DNA of 57,625 bases, filler included, from Candidatus Eiseniibacteriota bacterium (GCA_043809585.1; 3 parts of 3 records of this genome joined end to end with filler, not necessarily neighbours in it), one strand, 5' to 3'; positions 46,473 through 57,020 are shown, counted from the whole stretch's first letter. Made by a program: numbers and translations. The notes: a model not told the origin generated them from the letters alone.

Positions 46473-47707
46473 TGGAGGAAAGAGGCATGTTCCGTCGCCG
46501 AGAGGAACGGACGTTGCGGACCGACTCGATCGACTCCCCCCCTCCGGTCTCGAAGAGGGGGGAGGGGGGAGGGAGACTCACCCGGAGGGCTTTCCTCGGC
46601 GGGAGCGCCGTCGCCGGTCTCGCCGCCCTCTATCCGGGCGGCGTCCTCGGCCGGGGATCGCTCTTCGCGGCGGCGCCGAAGGGGGAAGATCCCCGCTTCG
46701 TCGCCGAGGCGCGCTTCTACGAGAAGCTCCCTCAATCGAAGATCAAGTGCGTCCTCTGTCCCCGGGAGTGCGTCATCGATCATCGGGAGAGAGGGTACTG
46801 CGGCGTCCGGGAGAACCGGGAGGGCGTGTATTACACTCTGGTTTACTCGCGGCCATGCACCTTCCACGCCGATCCGATCGAGAAGAAACCGTTCTTCCAC
46901 TTCCTCCCTTCCAGTCTCGCCTTCTCCCTCGCCACGGCCGGGTGCAACGTGAACTGCAAGTTCTGCCAGAACTGGGACATCTCCCAGTCACGGCCCGAGC
47001 AGCTCCCCGCCGAGTACACCCCTCCGGCGGAAGTCGCCCGTCTGGCGAAACGCCACTCCTGCGCTTCCATCGCCTACACCTACAGCGAGCCGGTGGTTTT
47101 CTACGAATACATGATGGACTCGGCCGAGGCGGGGCGCGCCGCGGGGCTTCGCAATGCGATCGTGACCGGGGGTTACATCAAGCCGGACCCGCTCCGCGAG
47201 ATGTGCGCCCGGATGGACGCGATCAAAGTCGACCTGAAGGCCTTCACCGAGGATTTCTACCGGGACATCGTGGGCGGGGAGCTGCGCCCCGTTCTCGACG
47301 GCCTCGTGACGATCAGGAAGGCGGGCGTCTGGAACGAGATCGTCTATCTCGTCGTGCCTACGCTGAACGACAAGGACGACGAGTTCCGCGGACTCGTCCG
47401 GTGGATCCGAACCGAACTCGGTCCGGACGTGCCGTTACACTTCACCCGGTTCCATCCCCAATACCTCCTCCAGAACCTCCCCCCCACGCCGATCGCGACG
47501 CTCGAGCGGGCCAAGGCGATCGCCGATGCGGAAGGGCTCCACTACGTCTACATCGGGAACGTCCCCGGCCACCCGGCGGAGAACACCAACTGCCCCCGCT
47601 GCGGGAACGCCGTCCTCACCCGCGCCGGCTTCTTCGTGAAGGAGGTCCGTCTCCGTGAGGGACGATGCGACCGCTGCGACGAACCGATCCCGGGCGTCTG
47701 GAGCTGA
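46469..47707 (+). CDS. amrS: AmmeMemoRadiSam system radical SAM enzyme with Tat-like leader (start uncertain)
   Basis: CVLCPREC...GYCGVR, DPIEKKP, CNVNCKFCQNWDISQ, YTYSEP, HFTRFHP, YVYIGNV; TRRAFLGG near the N-terminus. Confidence 0.9.
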   Translation: MMEERGMFRRREERTLRTDSIDSPPPVSKRGEGGGRLTRRAFLGGSAVAGLAALYPGGVLGRGSLFAAAPKGEDPRFVAEARFYEKLPQSKIKCVLCPRECVIDHRERGYCGVRENREGVYYTLVYSRPCTFHADPIEKKPFFHFLPSSLAFSLATAGCNVNCKFCQNWDISQSRPEQLPAEYTPPAEVARLAKRHSCASIAYTYSEPVVFYEYMMDSAEAGRAAGLRNAIVTGGYIKPDPLREMCARMDAIKVDLKAFTEDFYRDIVGGELRPVLDGLVTIRKAGVWNEIVYLVVPTLNDKDDEFRGLVRWIRTELGPDVPLHFTRFHPQYLLQNLPPTPIATLERAKAIADAEGLHYVYIGNVPGHPAENTNCPRCGNAVLTRAGFFVKEVRLREGRCDRCDEPIPGVWS

Positions 47708-47820
47708 CCGGGAGAGAGCATTGGAGCCCCCCGACGCAGAGGAACTCGTCTTGCTGTTTCAAGACCCTCACACGTCTTGTGCCAACTCGGGGAGCCAGGG
47801 GGTCAGAATTGAGCGGCGAA

Positions 47821-49068
47821 TCACCCGTCTCCATGGCGGACGGCCTTGCCGTCACCGGGCCTCCGGCGACATCTTTTCAGGATACCGTCCAAGATGACAC
47901 TGGCTGTAAGAATCAGGGCGAAATCCGTAACGACGCGATATCGGTACGATACCCCTGCCACTCCGTTGGCCACCGTGTTCAGGATCATGAGCAACACCAA
48001 CGACTGAACGAAGCGGTCCTTTCTCTCACGAACGATCCCCCAAATCCCGAACACACACAGTAGCCCAAAGGGAACAGCCGCTCCTCCCTTGTACTTCCAT
48101 CCGGCATGACCACCGGTGGACATGGTCACGGGCCATGGACTCCACGAAGCGATCGACTGCAAGAGGGCGATCTTCATCGACCAAAACGGGTGCTCCCGGA
48201 TGAATTTCCTCACGGCGTCCGTCCGGATCTTGTCCTTCTCTTCGAAAGTCGAGGCGGATGACAGCTTCTGTTGAATCTCCTCCGGTAAACTCACCTTCTT
48301 GTCCCGCCACGACGCGCCTTCGTTGTAGTTCGCGAGGAGCGTTCCCGCCGCGGTCGCGGAAAAGGTGAATCTCCCATGAACATGACTGTTTCTGATACAC
48401 CAACCCGTCGCCAATGCGCCCGGCACCGCAATGACCAAGAGGCCCATGGCCAAGGCTCTTTTCCATTCCGACCGTTCCCCATGAAGCATGACCAGAGCGG
48501 CGACGATGGACAAGATCAGCGCCGTGGGACGCATCATGACGGCAACGGATATCAGGAGGACGAGCGGAATCAAGACAAGGTAGGTCGGCCGTCTGGCGAG
48601 AAGGAACACGAGCAGAGCGATTCCGACGTACATGTAAATCAGCAAGGACTCCGCGTATAGCGAAAGAGACATGTATATGTACGGTGGATAGAGAGCCCCG
48701 AGGATCATCGCGATTCGGCCGGTCCGCTCTCCTCTCCAAACCGCCCCCAGGCGGTAGAGCAGAACCAAGAACACGGGGAACAGCGCCACATGGAACAGGC
48801 GCAGGTTCAGTACATTCGTGCCGGCCACCTTCATCATATAGGAGAGAATGTACGAATAGCCCGGGGGGTGCCACATCCCGGCAGAATCATCTGTCGTGCT
48901 GAACGGGTGACCCTCATGGAGCCGCACGGCGCTTTTGTAATAGATCCTCGCGTCCTTCCAGTACAGCTTGTGTGGATCGAGGGCGAAGAACAGAACGGCA
49001 GATTGGAGCGCCACGCCCAGCAAGATGATCCCGGTTATCGTGGCTAAGGTAGGTCGATGGTTCTTCAT
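47821..49068 (-). CDS. GT39/ArnT-like membrane glycosyltransferase
   Basis: DARIYY, HPPGYSY, ESL, RPT, WCIRN, YRYRV; multiple TM helices. Confidence 0.8.
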   Translation of the reverse strand: MKNHRPTLATITGIILLGVALQSAVLFFALDPHKLYWKDARIYYKSAVRLHEGHPFSTTDDSAGMWHPPGYSYILSYMMKVAGTNVLNLRLFHVALFPVFLVLLYRLGAVWRGERTGRIAMILGALYPPYIYMSLSLYAESLLIYMYVGIALLVFLLARRPTYLVLIPLVLLISVAVMMRPTALILSIVAALVMLHGERSEWKRALAMGLLVIAVPGALATGWCIRNSHVHGRFTFSATAAGTLLANYNEGASWRDKKVSLPEEIQQKLSSASTFEEKDKIRTDAVRKFIREHPFWSMKIALLQSIASWSPWPVTMSTGGHAGWKYKGGAAVPFGLLCVFGIWGIVRERKDRFVQSLVLLMILNTVANGVAGVSYRYRVVTDFALILTASVILDGILKRCRRRPGDGKAVRHGDG

Positions 49069-49192
49069 TGTTCCCGTCGTCAATGGCCGCGAATGTTCCA
49101 TACCGAGATTCTAGCCTCAATTCCACAAAACCGCAGCCTTGATTTCGGTGGGCCGGAGCCAAGGGGTCAGGGCCGGCTTGCTCAAGTAGTCC

Positions 49193-49321
49193 TCACGCGC
49201 CGGCCTGGGCGCCAGGCCGTTGCAGGACTTGGAGTTGATGCCTGACCGCGACGTTCTCCAGGACCAACGCCCGATGGGACTTATGCGCCGGCTGCGCGAG
49301 ACTCACTAGCTGTGATATCAT
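49193..49321 (-). pseudogene. N-terminal remnant of an integrase-core (rve)-type transposase
   Basis: Translates MISQLVSLAQPAHKSHRALVLENVAVRHQLQVLQR, then stops; homologous to 57021-57290. Confidence 0.7.
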
Positions 49322-49401
49322 GGAAGGAAGCGTGAATCACGATCGCCGCAAGGTCCCGTGGGCCAACGCGGACGAGATCATCGGGAGGGACCGGTGAAGT
49401 G

Positions 49402-49577
49402 GAACTCGTTTCAAAACCCCTTGCCCCGCGAGGGTGAGCGAAGGGACGGACGGCGAGGATCGAGGGCGAGAATGCCCGGAGGCGGCCCTGGAGGGCCGAT
49501 GAGGACATTCTCGCCCGAGGACGAAGCGGGTCGTCCCTGCAGCCAGCCGCAGCAGGAAGGGGTTTTGAAACGAGTTC
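49402..49577. mobile_element. MITE, longer copy of the 44675 family
   Basis: 21-bp TIRs GAACTCGTTTCAAAACCCCTT; extra internal hairpin of about 55 bp. Confidence 0.85.
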
Positions 49578-49738
49578 TAGTCTCTCTTTCGTGTTTGAGG
49601 GCCCCGTAGCGTGTTCCTCCCGGATAGGCGGACATCCGGACCCTACCGCCTCGGATGACCGCATATCGGGGGGCCCGTCTTGAAGTGCCTGGTTCGAACC
49701 GAGCGCGGCCGCGAGAAATCGAAAGCGCCGCCGACCGG

Positions 49739-51115
49739 ATGGATCCGCCAGTGACATCGGAAAACGATCGAATCGAACGCGGCACCGCATCCTTCGGAAG
49801 GTCGGTAGCGCTCATTCTCCTCCTCGCACTCGCCCTTCGTCTTGTCCCTTTCTTCCTGACACTGGATTATCAACCGAGATACGACGAGACCCGCTATCTC
49901 AAGATCGCCGAGAATCTGGCGGCCGGAGAAGGATTCGGGCTCAATGCGGTTCGGGCGTCGAGACCTCCGCTCTACCCCTTCTTCCTGTACGGGATTCAGC
50001 GGATCTTCGGCGAAGGCATGATCGCGATCCGTTTGGGGCAGATCGCCATTTCCCTCGTGATCGTGTGGGCGGCCATGATCCTCGGGCGGCGCGTCGGTGA
50101 TCTCCGGACCGGCGTGTATGCCGGTCTCGCCGTCGCAGTCTACCCCGAGTTCGTTGCGTTCCCGATCCTCGCCTTCTCGGAAAACCTCTATGTTCCCTTT
50201 CTGATCATCGCTCTCGCCCTGCTCGTGAGTCCCGGCGGGAGTGTTCCCCATCGGTCGATCGTCGCCGCGGGTTGTTTCCTCGGCCTTTCGGCGCTTTCCC
50301 GTTCGATTGCGTTGCCGATCACTCTCTTCCTGGCGGGCGGGATGTTCGTTTCCGGAATCCGGAGAGGCCGTCTTCCGATCTTCCGGGTAGCCCTCCTCCT
50401 CGCTACCACTCTCCTGGTCATCTTGCCTTGGACCATTCGCAATTACCGGGTCTTGGGAAGCTTCGTTCTGATCGACAGCGACTCCGCCCTCACTCTGTAC
50501 TCCGGCAACAATCCATATATTCCTGACTGGTTCGCCGAAGGTCCCGCGACACGGCGGGCGGTGCCGGAGGGCGAACAGTTCTGGAGAGACAATCTTCCCC
50601 CTCCCGGTGTCGGACCGGAAGGGATGCGGCACGCCTTTTTCCGGAAACTCACCCTCCAGTATTGGAAGGAACATCCGGGGATGGCCGTGCGGAAGAGCGT
50701 CCTCAAGCTCGCGAAGTACATCGGAGAAGGAAGCACGGGAATCCGGCAGGTGTTCGCCGATGAAGAGAAGCTGGCCGTGTTGCCGGCTTGGCTCACGATC
50801 CTGAACGTTTTCACAGTGATGGTGTCGATGCTGGCATTCACCGGCGCGGCGGTGGCGCTGGTCGCCAATCGCGCATGGAAGAGCGAAGGCAAGGCGTTGT
50901 TGTTCGCCTTCCTGCTCGTCAATCTGATCGTTCACACCCTCGTTTACGCCAACGCGCGGTATCGCGTCCCGATCCTTCCCGTCCTGTTCATCCTCTCCGT
51001 CCGTGTTCTTCTCTGCCGCCGGTCTGTTTGGAACGTGTTTCGGAGACAGACTGGCGGTTGGGTTCTGGTGGCCTGCCTATGGGGATTGGGAATTCTGAGC
51101 CTGGTTGTCCGGTAG
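49739..51115 (+). CDS. GT39/ArnT-like membrane glycosyltransferase (start uncertain)
   Basis: YDETRY, RPPLYPFFL, SENL, PWTIRN, LYSGNN, ARYRVP. Confidence 0.82.
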   Translation: MDPPVTSENDRIERGTASFGRSVALILLLALALRLVPFFLTLDYQPRYDETRYLKIAENLAAGEGFGLNAVRASRPPLYPFFLYGIQRIFGEGMIAIRLGQIAISLVIVWAAMILGRRVGDLRTGVYAGLAVAVYPEFVAFPILAFSENLYVPFLIIALALLVSPGGSVPHRSIVAAGCFLGLSALSRSIALPITLFLAGGMFVSGIRRGRLPIFRVALLLATTLLVILPWTIRNYRVLGSFVLIDSDSALTLYSGNNPYIPDWFAEGPATRRAVPEGEQFWRDNLPPPGVGPEGMRHAFFRKLTLQYWKEHPGMAVRKSVLKLAKYIGEGSTGIRQVFADEEKLAVLPAWLTILNVFTVMVSMLAFTGAAVALVANRAWKSEGKALLFAFLLVNLIVHTLVYANARYRVPILPVLFILSVRVLLCRRSVWNVFRRQTGGWVLVACLWGLGILSLVVR

Positions 51116-51230
51116 TAATGAGGTCCGCGGCGTCATGTGGGGCAGTGAAGATGGGTCTCTTGTGGGGTGACAAGACCCCGCCATTGACCGAACGAGGCCT
51201 CAATCACGTGTCGGTAGCCTGTTCGGAGAT

Positions 51231-51803
51231 TCAGCGGAAGAGCTTCTTCACGGAACTCCAAGCGCTTGTCGATGTGGCCGCAGCGCCTTGAATCCGGAGG
51301 AAGAGGGGCGTCGCCCGTATGTCGAGCCCGCCGTCCTCACAGAAGCCGGAGTTCCATATGCCCGATCGGGTGGGGTCGAGGACAAGCCTGGACAGGGCCG
51401 TCTCTCCCGCGGCCAGGTAGATTGCAGTGCCGTACAGAAGGGGCGCTACATGAGGGGAAGTCAAACTCAGGTCGAAGGCGGTAATACTCGTGCACCCCAT
51501 ACCTAGGTCTAGGATTTCCAGAATTCGCCAGGGAGGAGGGATGGCGAGGTCGAATCCGAGGAATCCGACAACTCCTGCAGAATCACAGAGAGTTGCGGCT
51601 ATGCCCATCGCGGTTATACATTCGTTCTCCGTGATCCAAACATCGACGAAGATCGAATCCCCGACGCTCGCTGTGATTGAATCCGGCGCGTCGCCAACCA
51701 CGCCGTCTGTATCGAACTCGAAACGTACGAGGTTTTCGGCGCTGGTTCCGGAAAACCCCGCAAACACGAGTGCCAGTGCGCCAATCACCCGGCTGCTCAT
51801 CAT
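51231..51803 (-). CDS. Secreted hypothetical protein with C-terminal AWSSVKKLFR tail
   Basis: GGAG RBS, signal peptide, C-terminus TSTSAWSSVKKLFR. Confidence 0.75.
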   Translation of the reverse strand: MMSSRVIGALALVFAGFSGTSAENLVRFEFDTDGVVGDAPDSITASVGDSIFVDVWITENECITAMGIAATLCDSAGVVGFLGFDLAIPPPWRILEILDLGMGCTSITAFDLSLTSPHVAPLLYGTAIYLAAGETALSRLVLDPTRSGIWNSGFCEDGGLDIRATPLFLRIQGAAATSTSAWSSVKKLFR

Positions 51804-51900
51804 GGCGCGACATCTCCGTCGAAAGGGGAACAGAGCACCCCTAACCCGTCCCCTCTCATTATTCCGCCCTCACGGTCGGTCTTCCGGCGAAGGAGAAGGA

Positions 51901-51920
51901 CCCCGGGCTTACGCCCGGGG
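51901..51920 (-). terminator. Hairpin downstream of the FlgD-domain gene (terminator or REP)
   Basis: CCCCGGGC-TTAC-GCCCGGGG followed on the minus strand by TCCTTCTCCTT. Confidence 0.45.
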
Positions 51921-51952
51921 CCTCGATAGAGGGCTCGCCTCACCGTTCCCTA

Positions 51953-53542
51953 TCAACGGATCAGCACCATCCGACTGGTCTCGCTCTCCCCGTTCCAGGA
52001 AAGACGGTAGAAGTAAACGCCGCTCGCGACGTCCGCTCCACCGGAGTCCGTGCCGTCCCACCGCACCGTATAGGTACCGGCGGATTGATATGCATCGACC
52101 AGAGTACAGACAGATCGACCCGCCGTGTCATAGACGCGAAGGGTGATGGGTGACGATTCAGCGTCGCCGGGGATCGAATAGGTGATTTCCGTCGTCGGGT
52201 TGAACGGGTTGGGTGCGTTCGAGGAAATACGGAGGCGGCTCGGCAGGACCGGCTCCTGCTCCTCGACCGAGGTACTTATATCCGAGATCACCTGTACGGC
52301 CATGACGTATTCCGAACCACAGGGCACACCATCGAACTGTGACGGTCCGACCCAGAGCCAGTACGTTCCCGCTCCGGTCGACGCGGATAGAGTGGCCACA
52401 TCACCGGAGGGGACGTATATGACGTCGATGACTAAGTCGCCGTCCGAGCAGGGGTCGGGGCCTGGTGTCGGATTCCCGTCGAGGATGGCGATCTGCAAGG
52501 GAAAATCGCCAACGCAACTGAATTGAATGTTGGCGGGCGTGGGCGTGAAGATCTCGAACCAGTCCGTATCGCGGTAGTTGCTGCCTTGATACAAGTACGT
52601 TCCACTCTGCCCGCACGCGGTGAAGACCGTGTTGCACGTTCCGACAGGTTGGACGGGAAACGGCTGAAAAACATACGGGGCGGAATTGCAGCCCCCGTTG
52701 TACGTGTCCTCGTAGTTGTCATAGCAGATCGGTTCCCCTTCGGTCAGCCAGTCCGGGTTGCACACGAGGCTCAGACTCAACCCGGCCGTCAACTTGCTCG
52801 GACACGATGTGTCGTCCCAGTAGATCCGACCGTTGCCCTCCGTGCCGGAGTAGATGATCTTCAGGACCAGCGACTGGCTGCTGAGAGAGACGTTATGGGT
52901 ACCGAAGCCGAACGAGTACTCGGACGTGGTCGTGCTCGTGATCGTGTCCGTATCCAACGCGATGAGTGCTCCCTCGGTTTCCGTGTATCGATTTCCTTTC
53001 CGGAGCTCCACCGTGACCGGACTGGATGTGTTCGACACCGAGTTCCGCAGCCAGAGTCTCGCTCCGTATGAGTAATTCATCGAGAAGGGGCCCGATGTGC
53101 ATGTGTCCGTGGCGGCGTAATAAGCGAGATTCGTATAGTTGCTCCGCCAGAGATGATCCCAAGAGCAACCTCCGGAGGGGGAGCTCAGGCCCATCGGTTC
53201 CCAGTAGGGGGAGTTCACGGTTTGCCCCCACCAGCCATTCGTCGCCGTCTGGCCCTGGTCGTAAATGTACCAGGTCTTCCCAAAGACCGCGATCTGGCGA
53301 TCGGGATCATCGGTTCCCGAGCGGTCGACCGCCGGGTCGATGATCGTCGCACCCTCGAGGTGGTTGGAGAGTGTGAGCGGGACCGTGCTTGGACCATCAG
53401 CCGCCGTTTCCGCCGGCGGAAGCCCGACGGCAAAGACGAACAGCGCCAGGACGGTCACTCGACGGGCCTTCAGGAGAATCGATGGCGCAGAACGTACGGG
53501 GGGGGAGAGAGCATGGGACGAGAAATCGCAATACGGCAGCAT
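51953..53542 (-). CDS. Secreted protein with C-terminal FlgD-Ig / T9SS-like sorting domain (start uncertain)
   Basis: NAPNPFNPTTEITY...VYDTAGR...WDGTD...ASGVYFYRL...RMVLIR; Cys-rich NGGCNS/RDTDWF middle domain. Confidence 0.85.
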   Translation of the reverse strand: MLPYCDFSSHALSPPVRSAPSILLKARRVTVLALFVFAVGLPPAETAADGPSTVPLTLSNHLEGATIIDPAVDRSGTDDPDRQIAVFGKTWYIYDQGQTATNGWWGQTVNSPYWEPMGLSSPSGGCSWDHLWRSNYTNLAYYAATDTCTSGPFSMNYSYGARLWLRNSVSNTSSPVTVELRKGNRYTETEGALIALDTDTITSTTTSEYSFGFGTHNVSLSSQSLVLKIIYSGTEGNGRIYWDDTSCPSKLTAGLSLSLVCNPDWLTEGEPICYDNYEDTYNGGCNSAPYVFQPFPVQPVGTCNTVFTACGQSGTYLYQGSNYRDTDWFEIFTPTPANIQFSCVGDFPLQIAILDGNPTPGPDPCSDGDLVIDVIYVPSGDVATLSASTGAGTYWLWVGPSQFDGVPCGSEYVMAVQVISDISTSVEEQEPVLPSRLRISSNAPNPFNPTTEITYSIPGDAESSPITLRVYDTAGRSVCTLVDAYQSAGTYTVRWDGTDSGGADVASGVYFYRLSWNGESETSRMVLIR

Positions 53543-54531
53543 CAGACGGCCTCCTTCCCTTCGGGTAAGTGCTCGCGGACTCGATGTGGGTCGCCGAACG
53601 TGGAGTTCGCCCGAGGGATACTGCATCCTGCGAGGAGGACACTGGCGCTTCGACTCCAACGCACGCAGGGAAGAGACGGATTCGGTGTCGGGCTCAGGAT
53701 GGAGGCCTGCGTCGGACTGCTGGACGCCCCTCGGGGGCTACTTCGTGAAGCAGGCGAAACCCACTTCTCTCTCACGTGTCATGGCTCCGGGATATGACCT
53801 TTTGCCAAAGCCGTCAGACCAGTCGATGCAGATCTTGATGTGATCGTGAAGCAAGTTGCGGGGACGCTCGTCACCGTGCAGGATGAGGAACAGGGCCCGG
53901 GTAAGAGCGCACCCATTGATAAGCCAAAGTATCACACAGAAGAGTATCAAGGTCAAGCAAAAGAAGGAGATGCGGGCGGCGAAGCGTTCTTGTGCCTGCC
54001 GAGAGACTCCTCGGGGTTGATTTCCTTGGGGTTATGCGGGACTGAAGCCGGCCGGGTTTCCGGCCCTGCCTCTTCCCCGAGAATGCCGGGCTCTTTCCGG
54101 CCGATGGGCACGGGATTGTTTGGAGGGGGAGACCAACGCGGGAGAGTCTCCTGGACCGACCGGGAAGATCCCAGAAAGATCGAGCGAAGGAGCACGAGCC
54201 TTCCTCCGCCCGATCCGGTCACTCACATTTCCACGAAAACAAGTGGCGCCCTGTTCGCGAAGACGCCCGGTGACCGTAGGGCGGTTATTGACACGAAATG
54301 AAACCTCCGAGACGCCCGGAACCGTCCGGTCTCGATCGTCCGGGCGCCCGAACCGGGCTGATTCCCACAAATCGTGCCGTCGATACGTTCCTCTCGTTTT
54401 GGACGGCCCGGATTGTGTTATAGTACGCGGAGACTGTTGAAACCTGTTCCTTTGGGTGGTACTCTCGGGCTCGGACGAGGTCCTTGGTGGGAACAGCAGC
54501 ATTCACTCAAGGATGAAGGAGGAATCCTCAA

Positions 54532-54708
54532 ATGACCCTAACGCAGGACTTGAACGATGCCCAGCAATCGCTTGCAGCAGCCCAGGCGAAAGTGGCCGCA
54601 GCTCTCGAAGCACTGAAGGAGCTCCAGCGGCTGTGCGAATCAAAGAATCCGGAAGATTTGACGAGAGCCAAACAGATTATCAACACGACCATTGCCGTTT
54701 TAGGATAG
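54532..54708 (+). CDS. 58-aa helical small protein, absent from the ORF track
   Basis: AAGGAGG RBS 9 nt upstream; MTLTQDLNDAQQSLAAAQAKVAAALEALKELQRLCESKNPEDLTRAKQIINTTIAVLG; extended -10 TGTTATAGT near 54416. Confidence 0.65.
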   Translation: MTLTQDLNDAQQSLAAAQAKVAAALEALKELQRLCESKNPEDLTRAKQIINTTIAVLG

Positions 54709-54713
54709 TCTGC

Positions 54714-54787
54714 CTGACCTTGGTCCGGCGAAGAATCCCGGTGCCAATCGCTGACGCTCGCGCGTTTTCACTCGCGATTCCTGCCGG
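54714..54787. mobile_element. Degenerate copy of the 10761 MITE-like element
   Basis: Shared core; left end CTGACCTTGGTCCGGC. Confidence 0.65.
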
Positions 54788-54834
54788 CCGACCTTTCGCA
54801 CGATCTCGCGACGAAGGAAGTTATGAAACCGTTC

Positions 54835-56799
54835 TCAGAGGATCTTGAGGACGAGGATCGTTTGGTCGTCCTTTGCGGGAGTGTGCCTGGTAAAGACGTC
54901 CACATCAGCCAAGACGCGGCTGATCACCGACTCCGCATCGAGACTCGAGCTTTGACTGAGCACACGCTCCAGTCGCATTTCATCGTAGAATTCTCCCGAT
55001 GGGGCCTGCGCCTCCGTGATGCCGTCGGTGTAGAAGACGAACATATCGCCGCTCTCCATGGTGATCTCATCCTCTTCGTACGCCGCCCCGCGAAACCAAC
55101 CGATTGCCGGTCCGCCGGCGGCCAGACGCTCGAGATTTCCGTTCGCGCGCACGACCAACGCCGGGTTGTGTCCCCCAAGGCATGATGTCAGGCGCCCTAC
55201 TCGGACATCCAAGATCGCGTAGGCCATTGTCGCGAAGGTGTCCGGCTGGAAGTCCGACGCGCACCCGTCGTTGATCGCGAATACCACTTCGGCCGGGTCC
55301 TTCGTGTGTGTCGCTTCCGCTCTGAACCGTCCTTGAATATTGGACATGAGCATGGCGGCCGGCAGGCCCTTACCCACGACATCGCCCACCAGAAAGGCGA
55401 GACGCCCCTCTCCGAGGTCGAAAAAATCGTAGCAATCGCCGGCCACCTCGTGGCAAGGCTTCAGGGAACCGCAGAGGTCGATCCCCGGGATTTCCAGCTT
55501 GGCCTTGGGCAGGAGCATCTCCTGAATCCACCGAGCCCTGAGAAGCTCCCGCTCCTGTGCCGCGCGCCAGCGTCCACCAATGATGAATCGCACCGCACCA
55601 ACGGAGAGGTCGGAAACGGACATGCCGGCGAGGGGGGAGACCACAGGAAGAACGATCCCGGCGAGAGGAAGCGCCAAAACCGTGAGTGCGAGGTATCCTA
55701 GAATGAGCCCGCCCGAGAGGAGCAGACCGGAACCCACCGGTAACAACCAGGCCGAAAGCGTGACCGCCAGAGCGAGACCCGCAGTAATGGCGATCTCTGA
55801 AGTCATGCGAAGTGTGGTTGCGGTCTTGCCGCCGAGAATGCTCTCGACGAAAGCCGCGTTCACCTCCACTCCCTGTGTGAGAGGGCCCCAGGGGGTCGGC
55901 ACCCGGTCATGCGAGATCCCGAAGTCACCCATGCCGAGAAGAACGACCTTCCCACCCACGATGCTCTCAAGCGGTCTTCCACAGACGATCTCCTCTCCCC
56001 TTTCCATCGTGTCCAGGATCTCCGCGAGTGAGTAGCCCGCCTCCGCCGTATGTCGCCGGTAGATCGCCCTCGGCATCAGGCATCCGTAGCTATCCACGGG
56101 CAGATCGAGAAGGGACTTGCCCCGACCGATCCGGATGGCTGATTCCGTGACTTCTATCTCCTCCACCGGTATTTCGAGATAGGCCATCACCGCAGCAAGG
56201 CAGAGGGCAGGGATTGACTTGCCATCGCACTCAATGAGAAGAGGCATTCTCCGGACCGATCCGTCCTCATCCGGTACCACCTCCGAATGGCCCACCCGGC
56301 ACGCGCGGGCAAACTCTTCCCGAGGAAGGTAGCCCGGTCTCGCCCGGTACAGGCGAACACCGGGGTATCCCCAATCGGGTCGAGGGTTGTCTTCTTCATG
56401 TAGCTCGTAGTTGGCGGCGAGAACGACTTTGTCACCATGTCTTTCCAAGGCCTCCGTCAGCTTCTCATCATTCTCCGGCCCGAATCTGTCGGGCGAGGCC
56501 AATATGGCGTCCAGCAGAATCACGCGGGCACCCCGTTCGAGCATCCCATCAATAAACGACGCGTACTCCTGCCGGGGAATGGGAAACTGGCCGTCCGGGG
56601 ATCGATGACTCATGTCCTGATTAATATAGACCAGAACCACATCGGACCCCTCGAGCGCCGAGCCAGGGATCCGCAGACGCCAGTCAATGGTCTCGTTCTC
56701 AAAGGTTCTGCCTGCTTCGGTGACGGAGAGGAATACGCAGAGAAGGGTGATGACAAGAGCAGCAAGCAAGGAGAGGAGGATTCGCGTGAAGAGCCTCAT
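54835..56799 (-). CDS. CHASE2 sensor plus SpoIIE/PP2C phosphatase (start uncertain)
   Basis: DEDGSVRR and GVEVNA (CHASE2), three TM helices, AGDCYD, GDVVGKG, YTDGITEA, DDQT. Confidence 0.9.
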   Translation of the reverse strand: MRLFTRILLSLLAALVITLLCVFLSVTEAGRTFENETIDWRLRIPGSALEGSDVVLVYINQDMSHRSPDGQFPIPRQEYASFIDGMLERGARVILLDAILASPDRFGPENDEKLTEALERHGDKVVLAANYELHEEDNPRPDWGYPGVRLYRARPGYLPREEFARACRVGHSEVVPDEDGSVRRMPLLIECDGKSIPALCLAAVMAYLEIPVEEIEVTESAIRIGRGKSLLDLPVDSYGCLMPRAIYRRHTAEAGYSLAEILDTMERGEEIVCGRPLESIVGGKVVLLGMGDFGISHDRVPTPWGPLTQGVEVNAAFVESILGGKTATTLRMTSEIAITAGLALAVTLSAWLLPVGSGLLLSGGLILGYLALTVLALPLAGIVLPVVSPLAGMSVSDLSVGAVRFIIGGRWRAAQERELLRARWIQEMLLPKAKLEIPGIDLCGSLKPCHEVAGDCYDFFDLGEGRLAFLVGDVVGKGLPAAMLMSNIQGRFRAEATHTKDPAEVVFAINDGCASDFQPDTFATMAYAILDVRVGRLTSCLGGHNPALVVRANGNLERLAAGGPAIGWFRGAAYEEDEITMESGDMFVFYTDGITEAQAPSGEFYDEMRLERVLSQSSSLDAESVISRVLADVDVFTRHTPAKDDQTILVLKIL

Positions 56800-57020
56800 T
56801 CTGGATCTGCCAATCGGAGCCGAATGGGGACTCTCCATCGGAAGGACCTCCTGTGGGGGCGGGCCCCCCGGAGCACCCGAGGGCCGCGGCCTGGAGTCAT
56901 GCACATCCGCTCGATTAGCGTGCGATCGTGTCCCTCAAAAGAACCTTGTCCCTCCCGGCATTCTCGTCCGCGCCGGCCTACTTGACCACCTCGCGCCGAT
57001 CGTGATTCACGCGTGCTTCC

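Noticed and set aside
53738..54301. Short ORFs 53738-53956, 53840-54301 and 53953-54222
   Set aside because: No RBS or recognisable motifs, and they overlap one another.
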